DNA of 64,000 bases, from assembly GCF_009914755.1 (NCBI RefSeq), contig NC_060933.1, one strand, 5' to 3'. Position 1 is the stretch's first letter; every line of letters starts with the position of its first letter. Made by a program: the position numbers and the translations under genes. Below are positions 59,042 to 64,000 of this stretch, piece by piece. The notes below the pieces were generated by a model. That model was given only the letters and a program-made list of their open reading frames with translations. It made no database searches and was not told where the DNA came from. Source of the DNA: the human T2T-CHM13v2.0 reference genome, Homo sapiens.

Positions 59042-62000
59042 GAGTACAGGGGAATGGAATGGAATGGAATGCGATGGAAAGGAATCATCCGTAATGGAAT
59101 GGAAAGGAATGGAATGGAATGGAATGGAATGGAATGGAATCAACTCGATTGCAATCGAATGGAATGGAATGGAATTAACCCGAATAGAATGGAATGGAAT
59201 GGAATGGAACGGAACGGAATGGAATGGAATGGAATGGAACGGAACGGAATGGAATGGAATGGAATGGAATGGAATCAACGCGAGTGCAGGGGAATGGAAT
59301 GGAATGGAATGCAATGGAATGGAATCTTCCGGAATGGAATGGAATGGAATGGAATGGAATGGAATGAAATGCAATGGATTCAACTAGATTGCAATGGAAT
59401 GGAATAGAATGGAATGGAATGGAATGGAATGGATTTAATCCGAATAGAATGGAATGGAATGGAATGGAACGGAATGGAACGGAATGGAATGGAATGGAAT
59501 GGAATGGAATGGAATGGAATGGAATGGAATGCAATGGAATGGAATCAACCCGAGTGCAATGGAAAGGAGAGGAATGGAATGGAATGGAATGGAAACTACC
59601 CGAATGGAATGGAATGTAATGGAGTGTAAGGGAATTGAAAAGAATCAATCCGAATGTAATGGAATGGAATGGAACGGAATGGAATGGAATGGAATGGAAT
59701 GGAATCAACCCGAGTGCAATCGAATGAAATCGAATGGAATGGAATGCAATGGAATGGATTCAACTTGAATGGAATGGAAAGAATGGAATCAACACGAGTG
59801 GAATGGCATGGATTGGAATGGAATGGAATGGAATCAACCCGAGTACAGGGGAATGGAATGGAATGGAATGCAATGGAATGGAATCATCCGTAATGGAATG
59901 GAAAGGAATGGAATGGAATGGAATGGAATGGAATGGAATGGAATCAACTCGATTGCAATCGAATGGAATGGAATGGAATTAACCCGAATAGAATGGAATG
60001 GAATGGAATGGAACGGAACGGAATGGAATGGAATGGAATGGAATGGAATGGAACGGAACGGAACGCAATGGAATGGAATGGATTGGAATGGAATGGAATC
60101 AACGCGAGTGCAGGGGAATGGAATGGAATGGAATGCAATGGAATGGAATCTTCCGGAATGGAATGGAATGGAATGGAATGGAATGAAATGCAATGGATTC
60201 AACTCGATTGCAATGGAATGGAATAGAATGGAATGGAATGGAATGGAATGGAATTAATCCGAATAGAATGGAATGGAATGGAATGGAACGGAATGGAACG
60301 GAATGGAATGGAATGGAATGGAATGGTATGGAATGGAATGGAATGGTACGGAGTAGAATGGAATGGAACGAATTGTAATGGAATGGAATTGAATGGAATG
60401 GAATGGAATGGAATGGAATCAACGCGAGTGCAGGGGAATGTAATGGAACGGAATGCAATGGAATGGAATCATCCGGAATGGAATGGAATGGAATGGAATG
60501 GAATGGAATGGAATGGAATGGAATCAACCCGAGTGCAATGGAATGGAGTGGAATGGAATGGAATGGAATGGAACAACCCGAATGGAATGGAATGGAATGG
60601 AGAGTAAGGGAGTTGAATAGAATCAATCCGAATGTAATAGAATGGAATGCAACGGAATGGAATGGAATGGAATGGAATGGAATGCAATGGAATGGAATCA
60701 ACCCGAGTACAATGGAATGGAATGGAATGGAATGGAATTTAATGGAATGAAATGGAATGGAATGGAATGATACGGAATAGAATGGAATGGAACGAAATGG
60801 AATGGAATGGAATGGAATGGAATGGAATGGAATGGAATGGAATGGAATGGAATGGAATTGTTCCGAGTGGAATAGGAGGGAATGTTTTCGAGTGGAATGG
60901 AAAGGAATGGAATCAACCAGAGTGGAATGGAAGGGAATGGAATGGAATGGAAACTAATAGAATGGAATCAACCCGAGTGGAATGGAATGGAAAGGACTGG
61001 AATGGAATGGAATGGAATGGAATCAACTCGATGGTAATGGAATGGAATGGAATGGAATGGAATGGAATGGAATGGAATTAACCCGAATAAAATGGAATGG
61101 AATGGAATGGAACGGAATGGATAGGAATGGAATGGAATCAACCCGAGTGCACGGGAATGGAATGGAATGGAATGCAATGGAATGGAATCATCCGGAATGG
61201 AATGGAATGGAATGGAATGCAAAGCAATGGAATCAACTCGATTGCAATGGAATGGAATGGAATGGAAAGGAATACATTGGAATCAACCAGAGTGGAATGG
61301 AATGGAAAGGACTGGAATGGAGTGGAATGGAATGGAATGGAATGGAATGGAATCAACTCGATTGGAATGGAATGGAGTGGAATGGAATGGAATGGAATTA
61401 ACCCGAATAGAATGGAATGTAATGGAATGGAACGGAACGGAATGGAATGGAATGGAATGGAATGGAATGGAATGGAATCAACCCGACTGCAGGGGAATGG
61501 AATGGAATGTAATGCAATGGAATGGATTCAACTTGAATGGAATGGAAAGAATGGAATCAACACGAGTGGAATGGCATGGATTGGAATGGAATGGAATGGA
61601 ATTAACCCGACTACAGGGGAATGGAATGGAATGGAATGCAATGGAATGGAATCATCCGTAATGGAATGGAAAGGAATGGAATGGAATGGAATGGAATGGA
61701 ATGGAATGGAATGGAATCAACTCGATTGCAATCGAATGGAATGGAATGGAATTAACCCGAATAGAATGGAATGGAATGGAATGGAATGGAATGGAACGGA
61801 ACGGAACGGAACGGAACGGAACGGAGTGGAATGGAATGGAATGGAATTGAATGGAATGGAATGGCATGGTACGGAATAGAACGGAATGGAAAGAATTGTA
61901 ATGGAATAGAATGGAATGGAATGGAATGGAATGGAATGGAATAAACCCGAGTGCAGGGGAATGTAATGGAGCGGAATGCAATGGAATGGAATCATCCGGA

Positions 62001-64000
62001 ATGGAATGGAATGGAATGGAATGGAATGGAATGGAATCAACCCGAGTGCAATGGAATGGAGTGGAATGGAATGGAATGGAATGGAACAACCCGAATGGAA
62101 TGGAATGTAATGGAGAGTAAGGGAGTTGAATAGAATCAATCCGAATGTAATGGAATGGAACGGAATGGAATGGAATGGAATGGAATGGAATGGAATGGAA
62201 TGGAATGGAATGGAATGGAATCAACCCGAGTGCAGGGGAATGGAATGGAATGGAATGCAATGGAATGGAATCATCCGGAATGGAATCGAATGGAATGCAA
62301 TGGAATGGAATGGAATGGAATCAACCCGAGTGCAATGGAATGGAGTGAAATGGAATGGAATGGAATGGAAACAACCAGAATGGATTGGAATATAATGGAG
62401 TGTAAGGGAATTGAATAGAATCAATCTGAATGTAATGAAATGGAATGGAACGGAATGGAATGGAATGGAATGGAATGGAATGCAATGGAATGGAATTAAC
62501 CCGAGTGCAATCGAATGGAATCGAATGCCATGGAATGCAATGGAATGGATTCAACTTGAATGGAATGGAAAGAATGGAATCAACACGAGTGGAACGGCAT
62601 GGATTGGAATGGAATGGAATGGAATCAACCCGAGTACAGGGGAATGGAATGGAATGGAATGCAATGGAATGGAATCATCCGTATTGGAATGGAAAGGAAT
62701 GGAATGGAATGGAATGGAATGGAATGGAATGGAATGGAATCAACTCGATTGCAATCGAATGGAATGGAATGGAATTAACCGAATAGAATGGAATGGAATG
62801 GAATGGAACGGAACGGAATGGAATGGAATGGAATGGAATGGAATGGAATGGAACGGAAAGGAAGGGAATGGAATGGAATAGAATGGAATGGAATGGAATC
62901 AACGCGAGTGCAGGGGAATGGAATGGAATGGAATGCAATGGAATGGAATCTTCCGGAATGGAATGGAATGGAATGGAATGGAATGGAATGGAATGGAATC
63001 AACCCGAGTGCAATGGAATGCAGTGGAATGGAATGGAATGGAATGGAACAACCCGAATGGAATGGAATGTAATGGAGAGTAAGGGAGTTGAATAGAATCA
63101 ATCCGAATGTAATGGAATTGAATGGAACGGAATGGAATTGAATGGAATGGAATGGAATGCAATGGAATGGAATCAACCCGAGTGCAATGGAAAGGAGAGG
63201 AATGGAATGGAATGGAATGGAACAAACCGAATGGAATGGAATGTAATGGAGAGTAAGGGAGTTGAATAGAATCAATCCGAATGTAATGGAATGGAATGGA
63301 ACGGAATGGAATTGAATGGAATGGAATGGAATGCAATGTAATGGAATCAACCCGAGTGCAATGGAAAGGAGAGGAATGGAATGGAATGGAATGGAAACTA
63401 CCCGAATGGAATGGAATGTAATGGAGTGTAAGGGAATTGAAAAGATTCAATCCGAATGTAATGGAATGGAATGGAACGGAATGGAATGGAATGGAATGGA
63501 ATGGAATCAACCCGAGTGCAATCGAATGAAATCGAATGGAATGGAATGCAATGGAATGGATTCAACTTGAATGGAATGGAAAGAATGGAATCAACACGAG
63601 TGGAATGGCATGGATTGGAATGGAATGGAATGGAATAAACCCGAGTACAGGGGAATGGAATGGAAAGAATGGAATCAACACGAGTGGAATGGCATGGATT
63701 GGAATGGAATGGAATGGAATCAACCCGAGTACAGGGGAATGGAATGGAATGGAATGCAATGGAACGGAATCATCCGTAATGGAATGGAAAGGAATGGAAT
63801 GGAATGGAATGGAATGGAATGGAATGGAATGGAATGGAATCAACTCGATTGCAATCGAATGGAATGGAATGGAATTAACCCGAATAGAATGGAATGGAAT
63901 GGAATGGAACGGAACGGAATGGAATGGAATGGAATGGAATGGAATGGAATGGAACGGAACGGAATGGAATGGAATGGAATGGATTGGAATGGAATGGAAT
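59042..64000 (+). repeat. 8,615-bp higher-order repeat unit, copy 2 (truncated by window end)
   Basis: Apparently exact copy of 50,427-55,385, at a constant offset up to the last base of the window. Confidence 0.93.

Larger units (their letters stand above)
32338..62959. promoter_or_regulatory. Dispersed set of about 20 perfect heat-shock-element consensus matches (nGAAnnTTCnnGAAn); putative HSF1 sites
   Basis: 15-mers start at 32338, 33077, 33915, 36770, 38627, 40055, 41607, 43035, 43868, 47343, 48476, 49188, 50706, 51530, 54330, 55431, 58711, 59321, 60145 and 62945, mostly gGAAtcTTCcgGAAt. The consensus match is seen directly; binding and function are inferred. Confidence 0.6.
1..64000 (+). 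repeat. Human Satellite 3 (Satellite III, HSat3) tandem array, (GGAAT)n/(CATTC)n, purine-rich strand on +
   Basis: Every line is dominated by GGAAT pentamers, interrupted by CAACCCGAGT/CAACCCGAAT decamers. This matches the classical Satellite III definition (conserved CATTC repeat interspersed with A(T/C)TCGGGTTG). There is no strand switch, and the array runs off both ends. Human versus other great ape, and the chromosome, cannot be determined by eye. Confidence 0.97.
31621..64000 (+). repeat. HSat3 right domain (variant set B), young and rich in higher-order repeats
   Basis: Characteristic motifs: GGAGAGTAAGGGAGTTG (first at 31,654), TTCAACTTGAATGGAATGGAAAGAATGG (first at 31,932), CATCCGTAATG, TCGATTGCAATCGA, CAACGCGAGTGC, ATCTTCCGG, GGAACAACCCG and (GGAAC)n runs. 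Confidence 0.88.

Noticed and set aside
1136-60870. Other TTC-containing words (GGATTCAAC, GGGTTCAAC, GAATTGTTCCG) as heat-shock elements
   Set aside because: GAA-to-TTC spacing is 3-4 nt rather than the required 2, so they are out of HSE register. Only the nTTCn-in-phase word was counted.
446-63740. G-quadruplex potential at CAGGGG and AAGGG words
   Set aside because: G3+ tracts are isolated and tens to hundreds of bp apart. No cluster of four G3 runs with short loops was seen.
30-63843. Hundreds of ORFs of 60-382 aa on both strands (MEWNG... / FHSIP...)
   Set aside because: A GGAAT repeat has no stop codon in any frame, supplies an ATG every 5 bp, and gives the same pentapeptide in all three frames. 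The ORFs overlap in all frames and have no non-repetitive domain, so they are not annotated as CDS.
1-64000. CRISPR-like pattern of conserved words separated by spacers
   Set aside because: The 'spacers' are the same GGAAT repeat rather than unique sequences, spacing is irregular, and there are no cas genes or leader. This is eukaryotic satellite DNA.
1-64000. Assignment to HSat2, DYZ1 or a specific chromosome or HSat3 subfamily
   Set aside because: HSat2-type CATCATCGAATGGAATCGAA periodicity is absent and no regular 3.5-kb unit is evident. A precise subfamily or chromosome call needs a k-mer or database search that I cannot run.
1-64000. EWS-FLI1-type GGAA microsatellite or telomeric repeat
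   Set aside because: The unit is the pentamer GGAAT, not tandem (GGAA)n or TTAGGG. There is no consecutive tetramer or hexamer run of meaningful length.
1-64000. Inversions, Alu/L1 insertions or unique islands
   Set aside because: No CATTC-strand segment, poly-A tail or non-satellite stretch longer than about 35 bp was seen. The A-run at about 23,424-23,432 is a short variant of the GAATAGAATCAATCCG word.

Overview
The whole 64 kb window is one uninterrupted, single-orientation array of the primate pericentromeric satellite Human Satellite 3 (Satellite III). It is (GGAAT)n on the + strand, punctuated by the diagnostic CAACCCGA(G/A)T decamer and related variants. I see no genes, RNA genes, transposon insertions or unique sequence. 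All listed ORFs are artefacts of a stop-free 5-bp repeat (poly-WNGME / poly-FHSIP). The array is not uniform. A left domain (about 1-29.3 kb) is an older patchwork of diverged kb-scale duplications, including a marker module recurring at about 7.1 kb spacing. A mixed transition zone (about 29.3-31.6 kb) leads to a right domain (31.6-64 kb) with a different variant vocabulary and very young higher-order duplications: an apparently exact 2,980-bp tandem pair and an apparently exact 8,615-bp period related to an 11.3-kb unit by two internal indels. The most interesting signal is confined to the right domain. It carries about 20 perfect three-pentamer heat-shock elements (gGAAtcTTCcgGAAt) and more than 20 copies of a 14-bp CpG-containing palindrome (TCGATTGCAATCGA). 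Each differs by one base from its left-domain counterpart, so the subfamily boundary may also be a boundary in HSF1-binding potential. All comparisons were made by eye and from ORF-track offsets, not by alignment software.
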